NCBI GenBank assembly: GCA_963789395.1
Contig: CAWBKP010000024.1
Location: 1-64,000, forward strand
Direction: 5' to 3'
DNA from: an uncultured delta proteobacterium
GTDB lineage: Bacteria; Desulfobacterota; Desulfobacteria; Desulfobacterales; Desulfatirhabdiaceae
Length of the DNA stretch: 64,000 bases
A model generated the notes under the pieces. It saw only the letters and a list, made by a program, of their open reading frames with translations, had not been told where the DNA came from and searched no databases. How positions within the stretch are numbered: position 1 is the first letter of the stretch; every line of letters starts with the position of its first letter. Of this stretch, positions 23,339-35,131 are shown in pieces. The translations under genes were made by a program, and so were the position numbers.

Positions 23339-24067
23339 AAACCGCCAGGCGCAATACCAGGAATCCGGATGATCATCCGGAGGGCATCCGATGCATTCGG
23401 TTTTGATCCGGGGATCGATGGCCCGGGCAAAATAGGTGTATTCCACCAGTCCCCCGGATTTGCAGGGATAGTCCTGGAGGCCCTTACGCTTCCGGGCGGA
23501 TTGTACCCGGCATTCATTCATCTGAAAAATCAGGCTGTTTTCGCTTTCTTCAACAAAAGACTGGGTGTTGATTCTGGCATACAGGCGGAAATTGAGAGCT
23601 GCCTTTAAACCGGCAAGGCCTGGCTGGTCGGAAAGATTCAGGAATTGCTTGATGGTTCTGGCTTCAAAGGGGGAAAAATGGGCCCAGCAACTGTCGTTGC
23701 AGCGCTTGGCGTCGTTCATGCCGCTTTCAAACTCGACAGCCTGAAACCAGACGCCGTCATTGGCCAGCCAGTTGACGGCAACGCTGTCCAGCAGGGTCAT
23801 CAATGATTCCTGGGACATGTTCAGAAGCGGCACAGGGATATTGTCTTTCATCTCAAAACCGAGCACCTTGGCCAGGCGGCTCATCTGAATGCCATAGCTG
23901 CGGTCAAAGGCGGTTTTTAACGTATCGAGCGCTTTCTCCATGCCCATCTGGTGGCGAACTTCAGTAAACCACAGGGCATGGTGAATGATAATCCGGTGAA
24001 ACAGGTCGATAACCAGTTTTGCGGTGGAATCGTGATCAAGATCTTCAATCTGGGTAACTGGGAGCAT
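23330..24067 (-). CDS. DUF6125-like conserved protein
   Basis: NWLANDGVWFQAVE, ECRVQSARKRKG...PCK, CIGCPPD...WYCAWRF pattern; AGGAG RBS before ATG 24067. Confidence 0.75.
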   Translation of the reverse strand: MLPVTQIEDLDHDSTAKLVIDLFHRIIIHHALWFTEVRHQMGMEKALDTLKTAFDRSYGIQMSRLAKVLGFEMKDNIPVPLLNMSQESLMTLLDSVAVNWLANDGVWFQAVEFESGMNDAKRCNDSCWAHFSPFEARTIKQFLNLSDQPGLAGLKAALNFRLYARINTQSFVEESENSLIFQMNECRVQSARKRKGLQDYPCKSGGLVEYTYFARAIDPRIKTECIGCPPDDHPDSWYCAWRFSI

Positions 24068-24157
24068 GTCCAATATCTCCTTAGGGTAATGGGTTGAGAA
24101 TAATGTAGTATCAGACGGCTTCACGATTGCAATTAACGGGGAGAGCCTCAGAGAAAT

Positions 24158-25036
24158 TTAATGTTTATGGATTGTTTCAGCTATAGCACGGATATACTCC
24201 GGAGTTGTACCGCAGCATCCGCCGACGATTTCAATGCCTTCGGATTTTATTATACGGATGTTTTTGAGGAAATATTCCACGGATTCGGGATACACGGTTT
24301 CAAGCCCCTTTATTTCGGGGATGCCGGCATTGGGTTGAATGATAACCGGAATATCCACCCAGTTCCGAATCTCTCTGGCCAGATCCACCATGGCGTCGCT
24401 GCCGATGGAGCAGTTGGCGCCGACGGCAAACGCGCCGGCATCTCTGAGGGTTTTCATCCCCACTTCTACCCGGTTGCCCATCATGGTGGCAAAACCAGTG
24501 GGGATGCGTTGAAAGGTCAGGGTTGCTATAACCGGGAGGGAGCAGACCGATTGAATACCCTTGATTGCGGCAAGGGCTTCATCCAGATCAAACATGGTTT
24601 CAACAATGATCACATCGGCTCCGGCCCGAGACAGCGCTTCCGCCTGTTCGGAAAAAGTATCCACGGCCTTCTCTATGGTTATCGTTCCGGATGGCTCTAA
24701 AAGATCTCCCAGGGGCCCGATGTCTCCTGCCACGTATTTCTTTCCCTCGGACCCGGCTGCCCGAGCGGTCTGAACTGCCAGCATGTTGATTCTTTCTGCA
24801 TGGCTGCCCAGCCCTGTTTTCTGTAATTTGATGGCGGAGGCGCCAAATGTGTTGGTGGTCACAATATCCGCGCCGGCGTCAAAATAGGCCTTATGGATGG
24901 CCTGAACGATTCCGGGTTTTTCCAGAACCCAGAACTCGGAGGCTTTTCCGCCGCCAAGGCCTTCCTGAATCAGCATCGTTCCGAGCGCGCCGTCAAAAAG
25001 CAGCCCCTGTGCTATTACTTTTTCGATGAATGTCAT
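24158..25036 (-). CDS. Stand-alone homocysteine S-methyltransferase (MetH N-terminal domain)
   Basis: LFDGALGT, AGADIVTTNTFGA, AGDIGP, GANC, QPNAG and GGCCGTTP zinc motif. Confidence 0.92.
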   Translation of the reverse strand: MTFIEKVIAQGLLFDGALGTMLIQEGLGGGKASEFWVLEKPGIVQAIHKAYFDAGADIVTTNTFGASAIKLQKTGLGSHAERINMLAVQTARAAGSEGKKYVAGDIGPLGDLLEPSGTITIEKAVDTFSEQAEALSRAGADVIIVETMFDLDEALAAIKGIQSVCSLPVIATLTFQRIPTGFATMMGNRVEVGMKTLRDAGAFAVGANCSIGSDAMVDLAREIRNWVDIPVIIQPNAGIPEIKGLETVYPESVEYFLKNIRIIKSEGIEIVGGCCGTTPEYIRAIAETIHKH

Positions 25037-25186
25037 GAACAACTTTCCTTATTCTATCTGCATTTCTTTCATATTTACAACATCGGGTGCAAGTCAACAA
25101 GAATAAAAAACAATGCCCTGCGTTGACAGAGAACTTCCGGTGGCCGCACCCTCACATCCAGCTAAAAACACCAGACAAGAAGGAAT

Positions 25187-25236
25187 AAAAAAAGCGTTGA
25201 TCAGGGTGCAAGCATCGGAAGCACCCCGACCAACGC
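25187..25236 (-). terminator. Probable terminator of the acyl-CoA catabolic operon
   Basis: Imperfect stem GCGTTGATCAGGGTGC/GCACCCCGACCAACGC, followed by a T-run on the minus strand. Confidence 0.6.
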
Positions 25237-25306
25237 CGATTCAATAAAGTGAAAAAAATATTGAGCGATGTGGGTATCGCTCGGGCCTCTTATCTATCAA
25301 CTGCTG

Positions 25307-26473
25307 TTAAACGAAACACCTCTGAGGAAGCACCGCGTCTTTCTGCCAGTCAGCAGGCAATTTCTGATCGGGGGTTTCTCCGAATTTGGCTTTCACTTTA
25401 CTCAAACCGGGTCTTGCGTACTGCATGTGCCCTTCTTTCAAAGTGCGGCCGTTGATGACAGCTTCAGAGCGCAGCCTGCGGCCGATGGTTTTTTCCAGTT
25501 GTTTGCCCAGCCACAGAATCCTGTCCACATCATAGCCGTGCTCGATCCCCATTTCATCGATCTGAACCAGGGTGTCTTCCAGACAGACCAGGCCGACGTA
25601 ACGGGGGTCATCATAATAATATTCGCCGGTTCCCCGGGTAGGGCAGTCATCCAGGAAATTGGCGGGCTGTCCACCCAGGCCGCCCATGGTGGCTTCAAAA
25701 TGGGTGATTCCGGCCTGAAGCGTTGCCAGGACCGATGCGGATGCCATGCGTTTGGTTTCGTGAAAATGTGCGATGTGAAGGGCAGGATTGGGAATTTCAT
25801 CCAGAATCATGGAAAAATAGCGGTAGACGTTTGCAGCAGATGCACTGCCGTCGTGATCCGCATGCTCCACGTCATGTGCGCCGATCGAAAGCCAGCGCTT
25901 GGTGAACTCGACTGCATCCTTTAATTCCGTGGCGCCGCCGATGGGGCTTCCCCAAATGGTGCTGACGGTACCGCACATTTTGATGCCGGCATCGTTGCAT
26001 TTCTGGATGCATCTCTCGGCTTCCTTCCAGTAATCCGGAAGCGAGGTGCCGGAATTGGCGAAATGATGCTGCTCTTCCGTGGATACCATCATGAGTACCC
26101 GATCCGGGCCCACGCCTTTTTGTTTGAGTGCGATGGCACGGTCAACCGCACTTTCCCGGATAGTAATGGCGGTGAGGCAGATATCTTCGTAATTGATTCC
26201 TTTTTTGGCGCAGCGGCTTTTGAACCGGTCGCTTCGTAAATGCGCCAGCAACTGCTCGGCATCCCTGAACTGGGGCATGGATATGGGGTTGCCCAGGTTG
26301 GTGACCTCGATATTGCGGCATCCAGCAAAAATCAATTCTTCAAGATAAAAGATTTTTGCAGCCGTGGAAACGAATTTTTCTTCGTGCTGGAAACCATCTC
26401 GAATCGTAATGTCGCCGATGGTAACTTTTCGGGGCATTCTGGGAAAAATCTTCCAGTAATCATACTCGGTCAT
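25307..26473 (-). CDS. DRE-TIM metallolyase, probable hydroxymethylglutaryl-CoA lyase
   Basis: DITIRDGFQHE, HFHET, GGLGG; co-oriented with enoyl-CoA hydratase and acyl-CoA dehydrogenase. Confidence 0.8.
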   Translation of the reverse strand: MTEYDYWKIFPRMPRKVTIGDITIRDGFQHEEKFVSTAAKIFYLEELIFAGCRNIEVTNLGNPISMPQFRDAEQLLAHLRSDRFKSRCAKKGINYEDICLTAITIRESAVDRAIALKQKGVGPDRVLMMVSTEEQHHFANSGTSLPDYWKEAERCIQKCNDAGIKMCGTVSTIWGSPIGGATELKDAVEFTKRWLSIGAHDVEHADHDGSASAANVYRYFSMILDEIPNPALHIAHFHETKRMASASVLATLQAGITHFEATMGGLGGQPANFLDDCPTRGTGEYYYDDPRYVGLVCLEDTLVQIDEMGIEHGYDVDRILWLGKQLEKTIGRRLRSEAVINGRTLKEGHMQYARPGLSKVKAKFGETPDQKLPADWQKDAVLPQRCFV

Positions 26474-26640
26474 GGCGGTCTGTTCTCCTTAATTAAGTAA
26501 TGGGTGTTTGGTGTGAAAGGAGTCGGAAGGAATACGGAATCCCGACCCGCTTTCATGCTGCGTTGTGACTGTAAGGTCATGGCCGTCTGTTGTTGTTTTT
26601 ACGCTAAAAAACACTGTGGTTTCTAAAACAATTTGTTATG

Positions 26641-27423
26641 TTACATTCCCTTGTACACCGGTTTTCGTTTTTCGCGAAATGCGGCAAGGCCTTCCAGCCG
26701 ATCCTGGGTCGGGATGCACACCCAGTAAGCATTGGATTCAATGGCAAGTCCCGTGGAAAGATCGGTTTCAAGGCCATAGTTGATGGCATATTTGGCCTGT
26801 TCGATGGCGATGGGACCGGTTTCGAGAATCATGGCGGCCATTTTACCGGCTTCCGCCAGGAGTTGATCCGGTTCACATATCTGGTTGGCCAGTCCGATGC
26901 TTAATGCCTCATCCGCCCCGACCCTTCGGCCGGTAAAGATCAGCTCTTTGGCTTTTCCCTTTCCCACCAGGCGTGGAAGCCGCTGGGTGCCGCCGGCGCC
27001 AGGGATAATGGCCAGCCGGGTTTCAGTCAGTCCCATCAAGGCTGTTTTGGATACAATCCGGATATCGGAGGCCAGCGCAAGCTCAGTGCCGCCTCCCAGA
27101 GCAATGCCGTTCACCGCGGCAATGACCGGTTTGTTGAGGTATTCAATGGCTGTAAACAGATTTCGAATGGTCAGAATATATTCTTTGACCTGCGCAGGGC
27201 TCATGGTGGCCCTTTCTTTAAGGTCCGCGCCGGAGCAAAAGGCTTTTTCGCCTGCGCCGGTAATAATGACGACCCGCACTTCCGGCATGAAGCGAATCGC
27301 CTCCACCTCCTGCTGCAAGGCCCGAAGCAGTCCAAAACTCAGCGAATTCATCACTCCCGGCCGGTTCAAGGTTAGACGGATAATGCCGTCCTTTTCTTCC
27401 TTCAGTAAGATATTCTCTTCCAT
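26641..27423 (-). CDS. Enoyl-CoA hydratase (probable methylglutaconyl-CoA hydratase)
   Basis: AFCSGADLKER, ALGGGTELALASD, ETRLAIIPGAGGTQRL, AFREKRKPVYKG. Confidence 0.92.
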   Translation of the reverse strand: MEENILLKEEKDGIIRLTLNRPGVMNSLSFGLLRALQQEVEAIRFMPEVRVVIITGAGEKAFCSGADLKERATMSPAQVKEYILTIRNLFTAIEYLNKPVIAAVNGIALGGGTELALASDIRIVSKTALMGLTETRLAIIPGAGGTQRLPRLVGKGKAKELIFTGRRVGADEALSIGLANQICEPDQLLAEAGKMAAMILETGPIAIEQAKYAINYGLETDLSTGLAIESNAYWVCIPTQDRLEGLAAFREKRKPVYKGM

Positions 27424-27473
27424 AATTCTCCGATATCACTCATTTTGGTTTTATTGATGTCCGGTATCTGATA

Positions 27474-28622
27474 TCAGCACCCGATATACCGTGAAATCAC
27501 GATTCTCTGGACTTCTGATGTGCCTTCGCCAATTTCAAGAAGCTTCTGGTCGCGAAAGAACCGCTCAACGCCATAATCCTTCATCAGCCCGTAGCCGCCG
27601 TGAATCTGAACCGCATGATTCACCACCCGGCCCATGACTTCGGAGCAGTAAAGTTTGGCCATGGCAGCCTCTTTTTCAAAAGGCCGGTGCAGGTTTCTCA
27701 ACCAGCAAGCCTTGTACATCAGATTTCGAGCGCATTCGATTTCCATGGCGCAGTCTGCCAGCTTAAAGGCAATTGCCTGGAATTTGCAGATCGGTTGGCC
27801 GAACTGTACCCGTTCCCTGGCATATTTCAGGGCGGCGTCATATGCCCCCTGTGCACCGCCCAGTCCCATGGCCCCAATGGAAAGTCTTCCGCCATCCAGG
27901 GTTTTCAGCATCTGGTGGAATCCGTCCCCGCGTTTCCCGAGAATGCTGCTGTCCGGCACCCGCACATTGTCAAAATAGAGCTCAGCGGTGTTGGATGCGC
28001 GCCACATCAATTTTTTATGCATGGGGACGGCTTTAAACCCGGGGGTTCCGCTTTCAACCAGAAAACAGGTATATTCCGGCCTGCCATTGGGGCGGGTTCC
28101 GGTAATGGCCTGAACCGTAACGCCCATCGTCATTTCACAAGCGGCATTGGTGATAAAAATCTTCGAGCCGTTGATGATCCAATCATTCCCGTCTTTGACG
28201 GCCGTGGTTTTGCTGCCGCCGGCGTCAGATCCGGCTGTCGGTTCTGTCAGGCCAAAGCCCCAAAGCCCTTTTCCGGAACAAAGCCCGGGAAGATACTTCT
28301 TTTTCTGGTCTTCTGAACCAAAATAATATAGGGGGCCGATGCCCAGTGAATTTCCGGCAGCAACCGTTGCGGCCTGAGAACCGTCCACTCTGGCAACCTC
28401 CTCCACTGCGATGATATAGGACAGATAGTCCATGCCCTGGCCGCCATAGTCTTCCGACACAAACATGCCAAACAGACCGATGTCTCCCATTTTTCGGGTG
28501 AGTTCCGATGAGAACGTCTCTGTTTCATCCAGATCTGAAGCAATGGGAGCGATTTCGCTGAGAGAAAATTTTCGAACTTCCTTGCGGATCATTTCCTGTT
28601 CTTTGGTAAGATCAAAATCCAA
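27474..28622 (-). CDS. Acyl-CoA dehydrogenase (isovaleryl/short-branched type)
   Basis: FGLTEPTAGSD, NGSKIFITN, AVQIHGGYG, EIGEGTSEVQR; TTG start after GGAGG. Confidence 0.93.
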   Translation of the reverse strand: MDFDLTKEQEMIRKEVRKFSLSEIAPIASDLDETETFSSELTRKMGDIGLFGMFVSEDYGGQGMDYLSYIIAVEEVARVDGSQAATVAAGNSLGIGPLYYFGSEDQKKKYLPGLCSGKGLWGFGLTEPTAGSDAGGSKTTAVKDGNDWIINGSKIFITNAACEMTMGVTVQAITGTRPNGRPEYTCFLVESGTPGFKAVPMHKKLMWRASNTAELYFDNVRVPDSSILGKRGDGFHQMLKTLDGGRLSIGAMGLGGAQGAYDAALKYARERVQFGQPICKFQAIAFKLADCAMEIECARNLMYKACWLRNLHRPFEKEAAMAKLYCSEVMGRVVNHAVQIHGGYGLMKDYGVERFFRDQKLLEIGEGTSEVQRIVISRYIGC

Positions 28623-28747
28623 CGGATTTCCTCCTTTTTAGACAACAGTGGCAAGAATGGAATAAAACCGGATTGATTCAAACAGCCTTCAGAAAACGAC
28701 TAAACACATCTTATCAACACAAGGTAATTAAAGCATTTATTATATAT

Positions 28748-28799
28748 TGAACGAGCGCTCAGTCAAATTACTTTAACATTTCATTTTTGATTTTGTCAA
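28748..28799 (-). promoter_or_regulatory. Promoter of the acyl-CoA operon with an 18-bp near-palindromic operator
   Basis: Minus strand TTGACA (28799-28794), 18 bp, TAAAGT; dyad TGAACGAGCGCTCAGTCA at 28748-28765 over the predicted start site. Confidence 0.55.
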
Positions 28800-28946
28800 G
28801 TATTTATAAAGAGGGGGTGGCAGATGGGCCACTGTCCTTGAGTTGTTGGGTCGCCTGGTGTATATTCCGCAAAGAATGGAAACAGCAGACCTCACCGACA
28901 TAACCATAACTATAGTTCTTATATTATAACCTAAGACCTGCTTTCG

Positions 28947-30808
28947 ATGAAAGAGAATTTATTGGAGTCACAATCTCAGGAATATCAGAAGCTGCTGGCC
29001 GGCATATCCGCTGAACCGGGTGTCTATTTGATGAAAGATGCCTCAGGCAAGGTGATTTATGTTGGTAAAGCACGGAATTTGAAGAAACGCCTGAATTCAT
29101 ATTTCAACAGACCGGAACATCCGGATCCGAAAACAACGGTTCTGGTGAAAAAAATCGCCTCCATCGAGACCATCATTACGGCAACGGAAAACGAAGCCTT
29201 GATTCTGGAGTCGACGCTGATCAAAAAACACCGGCCCCGGTATAACGTGATACTAAAGGACGACAAGCGCTACCCGTCGCTTCGGATGGATACCGCAAGC
29301 CCTTATCCCAATTTAACGGTGGTTCGAAAAATCAACCGGGACGGCGCCTTGTATTTCGGGCCCTACACCTCTCCCACAGCCGTCTACCAAACCCTTAAAA
29401 TCATCAACAAGACGTTCAAGCTGCGTAAATGCAAGGATCGGATGTTCAGAATCCGGAGCAGGCCCTGCCTGAATTATCAGATCGGTTCATGTCTGGGGCC
29501 GTGCTGCCTCGAGGTTGATCCGGATCGGTATCAGGAAATGGTCCGGGAAGTCGTTCTGTTTTTAAAGGGAAGAACGCCGGATCTGGTGGCAAAATTGAAA
29601 CAGGATATGCATGCTGCCGCTCTGGAAAGGCAGTACGAACTGGCGGCAGAAATCCGAGATAAACTCTTTGCTATCGAAAAGACCCTTGAAAAGCAGATCG
29701 TGGTTATGCCGGATTTTCTGGATCGTGACGTTATCGGCTTTGCAAGATCGCCTGCGGATTCGATTGTGACGATTCTTTTTGTCCGGGCCGGGCATCTGGT
29801 AGGGACTCAAGAAATTTTCATTTTTCAGAAACGCTGGCATCTGATGCCGAATTGATCGGATCGTTCATCCAGCAATTCTATGAGCAGACGACCCATATTC
29901 CGGATGAAATCCTGGTCTCCGCGGTTTTTGATGATATGAATATGATTCAGGAATGGCTGACAGGCTTGAAGAAAGCCAAGGTGGATGTGATTCTGCCACA
30001 AAGAGGGCCCAAGGCTCATCTGACTCACATGGCCGAGCAAAATGCCGCAAATGAGCTGAAAAATCTTATTGAGGACCGGTTAAGTGATCAAACCCTGTTG
30101 CAGCGGCTTCAGAAACAATTGAGCCTTGCCAGGCTTCCGGTGCGAATCGAGTGTTTCGATAATTCCAATATATCCGGAACCCAGCCGGTTTCCGGGATGG
30201 TGGTGTTTGAACAGACGCGGCCGAAAAAATCCGATTATCGAAAATATCGCATCAAAACCGTTTCGGAGCCTGATGATTACGCAACGATGGCAGAAGTCCT
30301 TAAACGGAGATATGGAAGGGGCGACGATGCAGCGCCTTTCCCCGACCTGTTGATGATTGATGGTGGAAAAGGCCAGCTCGGGATTGCCGTGACTGTCCTG
30401 GAAGAGTTGAATCTGTCCAGCCGGTTTGATGTCATCGGAATTGCCAAAAAAGATGATCTGAAAGGAGAAACCCAGGATAAAATCTATAAACCGGGGCGGC
30501 TCAATCCGTTGAATCTGGACCGGGACGGCAACCTTCTATTGTTTCTGCAGCGGATTCGGGATGAGGCCCACCGGTTTGTTATTACCTATCACCGGTCCAG
30601 ACGGGGAGCTGCGGCGATTCGTTCGGTGCTGGACAGCATTCCCGGTGTCGGGCCAAAACGAAAACAGGCGCTTCTCAAACATTATGGCAGCATCAAGGCC
30701 ATTCGGGCCGCCTCTCTCGATGACTTGTCCCGGGCCCCGGGAATGAATCGAAAAACAGCTGAAATAGTTCTGAGCAGGCTGTCAAACCCATTGACAGAAG
30801 GTGAATAG
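28947..30808 (+). CDS. uvrC: Excinuclease ABC subunit C; frameshift near 29808
   Basis: GIY-YIG PGVYLMKD...IYVGKA, LKDDKRYP, RIECFDNS, DGGKGQL, RDEAHRF, HhH IPGVGPKR. Confidence 0.96.
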
Positions 30809-30925
30809 ACACGTAAACGTTGTCGACCGAATCTGTGAAAACAACCCCTTTTTTCCAAAGGGAAAATGTCAATGTGTATAGTTCGTAAAAACAACGATCT
30901 TAAGATGTCGTAAAAGGAATCAACC

Positions 30926-32129
30926 ATGGAACCCACGGTCTCATTGGAAAAAGAAACCCTGGAATCAGAAGAAGCCGCTGAACCTCCGCTCCTGACTTCT
31001 TTCAGCAGTTCAAGGTCCAGGGCTTTTCTCAAAACAGTTTTATCCTAAAGCCACCCTTGCCCAATGGAATGACTGGCGCTGGCAGTTGAATAACTGCATA
31101 ACAGACGTTCAGGCGCTTTCCCGGCTGATCACGCTTTCACCCGCCGAATGCAGTACGCCGGATATTCACCCTCGGAATCTTCCCCTTCGCATTACGCCCT
31201 ATTATGCATCGCTTCTGGACCGGGAAAATCCCGATCATCCGCTGCGAAGATCGGTGATCCCGACTTCTGATGAATTTGTTTTTTCTCCCGGTGAAAGCAA
31301 GGACCCCCTTTGCGAAGACGATCACAGCCCGGTGCCTGGTCTGGTACACCGATATCCGGACAGGGTTCTGTTTCTGGTTACCGGCGCCTGTTCGACCTTC
31401 TGCCGGTACTGCACGCGATCGCGGATGGTTGGAAAACGCGATAATGCTTCCAACAATCCTTCCCGGTGGTCGGCCGCCATCGATTATATCCAGGCGCATT
31501 CCGAGGTAAGGGATGTGCTCATCTCCGGCGGAGACCCGCTAACCCTTATGGATGAAGCGCTGGAGTCTATTGTTCAACGCCTGCGGCGGGTCCGTCATGT
31601 GGAGATGATTCGCATCGGAACCAAAATGCCTGTGGCGCTGCCCCAGCGGATCACATCTTCACTGGTTTCGATGCTGAAAAAATATCACCCATTGTGGATG
31701 AGCATTCACGTGACGCATCCGGACGAGCTGACGCCTGAAGTAGAAGCCGCCTGCGCCAGTCTGGCGGATGCTGGAATTCCACTGGGCAGCCAGACGGTGC
31801 TGCTTAAAGGGATCAACGACAGCATTATTCCCCTGAAAGATCTCATGCACGGGCTGATTAAGATCCGTGTTAAACCCTATTATCTGTATCAGTGCGATCC
31901 CATTCCCGGCTCTTCGCATTTTCGAACGCCCGTGTCAAAAGGGCTCGAGATGATTCAGGGGCTAAGGGGCCATACCAGCGGTTATGCCGTGCCGACGTTT
32001 GCGATCGATGCGCCCGGAGGAGGAGGAAAAATTCCACTGCTTCCGGAATATGTGATTGGCCGGGATGAAAATGGTATCATTTTGAGAAATTACGAGGGGA
32101 AGATTTTCCGTTATCCGGATAAGGAATGA
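30926..32129 (+). CDS. KamA-family radical SAM protein (lysine 2,3-aminomutase-like); frameshift near 31035
   Basis: QWNDWRWQL, LVHRYPDRVL, CSTFCRYCTR, SGGDPL, QTVLLKGIND, DAPGGGGKIP (PLP lysine); upstream ATG 30926 after AAGGA. Confidence 0.9.
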
Positions 32130-32133
32130 GGGA

Positions 32134-32202
32134 TCAGGCGCTGGGGGGGATTTTCCGGCAGGTCGCCTGAAATCCCCCTTGACCCCCCTTTCTAAAGGGA
32201 GG
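32134..32202. repeat. Intergenic palindromic element between convergent genes
   Basis: GGGGGATTT/AAATCCCCC, TCAGGCG/CGCCTGA and CCCTTT-CT-AAAGGG stems. Confidence 0.5.
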
Positions 32203-32221
32203 AAGCATTCTCAGGGTAAAA

Positions 32222-33172
<951 letters not shown>

Positions 33173-33750
33173 TTATGAGTGATTGGTTACAAATCATTGG
33201 CACGGCCCACTGTGGTTTGAAAGCGGGCAAGCCCAAAGCATGCATTCATTTTATTTATGCAATCAATATAAAAAACGTTGTTACTGTCAATTGCGTTTTA
33301 TCGCTTATCCGTGGAAAACACATTGTTTTATCTATATGTTAATATTGATAATAACTAATTATAATGGATTTAGTAAAAAAGTGTCACAGAGGCGGTATCA
33401 AATAATAACTTATTGATATAAAATATGTATTATTGCTTAAAACCATAGTAAGAATTAAAAACGTAACGATGTTTCTTTTTTTGATATATGAATGATTTTG
33501 TTCTGTCAAGCAGAAAATGGTGTAAACATTTTGAAAGGATGATGGATTCTATTGAGATGTCGATTGCATGTATGATATTTTACTTGAAAACCATTTTCGG
33601 ATAGGACAAAAATACGACATAGAACCTAACAAAGCGCATAATAAAACCATCTATTGCAATTGAAAAATAAAAAAATTGGACAGGATATCAGCCGTTGAAG
33701 CCTGATGTCGTGTACCAGCCTGATGACAATTTTTAACAAAGGGGAAAAAC

Positions 33751-35097
33751 ATGATGGAGTTTGTCGTGATCGGCGGCGATGCCGCAGGGATGAGTGGGGC
33801 CAGTCGGACAAAACGGAATCGACCCGATATCCGGGTGACGGTTATCGAAAAAACCCATGATGTTTCATACAGCGCGTGCGGCATGCCATACAATATCGCC
33901 GATCCGTCCCGCCCTATGGAGGATTTGGTCGTCCGTGAGGCCGATGCCTTCCGAAAACAGGGCATTGAAATATTGGCGGGCCATCATGCAACCCACATCG
34001 ATCGATCGGTAAAATCCGTCAGCGGCCGGACTTCGGAAGGAAATCCTTTTTCTGTTTCCTACGACACGCTGCTGATTGCAACGGGCGCATCTGCGATTGT
34101 TCCGGATATTCCGGGGCTTGATTTGCCGGGCGTCTGGGTGTTGAAGCATCTTGAAGACGGGCGGCGGATCAAACAATTCATTCAGGATGCCGATGTGAAA
34201 CGAACGGTAATAATCGGCATGGGATATATTGCCATGGAGATGTGCGAAGCCCTTCGGGAGCGCAATATTCATGTCAGCATGATCAAGCCCGGACCCGGAT
34301 TGTTGCCCTGGATGGAATCGCAGTTGTCCGCGGTCGTTCAGCAGGAGCTGGAAGCAAGTGGAGTTGCGCTCTATCCCGGTGTTCGGATTCTTGGCGTTGA
34401 GCAGGGCAAAAAGGGACTGATGATTCATGGTGAAGGCGTTGACATCGAGGCGGATATGGTCATTGTTGCAGTCGGCGTCCGTCCAAACAGCGTCATTGCG
34501 GTTGAAGCCGGGCTGGAGACCAGCGTTCATCGGGCGATTTCAACGGACGGTTTCCTGAGAACATCGGATCCCTGCATTTATGCAGCCGGAGACTGCGCGG
34601 ATGCCGTCCATGCGGTCACAGGAGAAAAGGTCTGGATTCCGCTGGCGCTTCGTGCAAACCGGGCCGGATGGGCTGTTGCAGACAATGTCTGCGGAAAACC
34701 GGTATCCTTGCCTGGGATTGTTGGAACCGCGGTGTTCAAGGTGCTGGGTCTGGAAGTTGCCCGAACCGGGATGACGGTTCAGGAGGCTACTGCTGCAGGA
34801 CTTCATCCGGTTTCAAGCGTCATTCAAAGCAGATCCCGGGCGCATGCTCACCCGGGTGCATCTCAGATCTGGGTTCAGATGGTGGGTGATCAAAACACCG
34901 GAAAACTTCTGGGCGCGCAGATGGTTGGCAGGGAGGGCGCCGCGCATCGCATCAATGCCGTGGCCGTTGCCCTGCATAACCGGATGACGGTTGAAGATTT
35001 CAGCCGCACCGATCTGGCCTATGCCCCGCCGTTCGGACCGGTATGGGATCCGCTTTTGACGGCCGCCAATCAACTGCTGAAAAAGATCGCCCGGTAA
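33751..35097 (+). CDS. CoA-disulfide reductase / NADH oxidase family flavoprotein
   Basis: GGDAAGMS, single redox Cys SYSACG, ATGA, IYAAGDC, DLAYAPPF. Confidence 0.92.
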   Translation: MMEFVVIGGDAAGMSGASRTKRNRPDIRVTVIEKTHDVSYSACGMPYNIADPSRPMEDLVVREADAFRKQGIEILAGHHATHIDRSVKSVSGRTSEGNPFSVSYDTLLIATGASAIVPDIPGLDLPGVWVLKHLEDGRRIKQFIQDADVKRTVIIGMGYIAMEMCEALRERNIHVSMIKPGPGLLPWMESQLSAVVQQELEASGVALYPGVRILGVEQGKKGLMIHGEGVDIEADMVIVAVGVRPNSVIAVEAGLETSVHRAISTDGFLRTSDPCIYAAGDCADAVHAVTGEKVWIPLALRANRAGWAVADNVCGKPVSLPGIVGTAVFKVLGLEVARTGMTVQEATAAGLHPVSSVIQSRSRAHAHPGASQIWVQMVGDQNTGKLLGAQMVGREGAAHRINAVAVALHNRMTVEDFSRTDLAYAPPFGPVWDPLLTAANQLLKKIAR

Positions 35098-35131
35098 TGG
35101 GGATGCGGAAAGTTCAAAGGATGCTCTGTGG

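Noticed and set aside
33183..33750. Very AT-rich stretch (also 43560-44130) as foreign DNA or an origin
   Set aside because: Both lie between divergent genes and fit ordinary promoter regions; no iterons or DnaA-box clusters seen.
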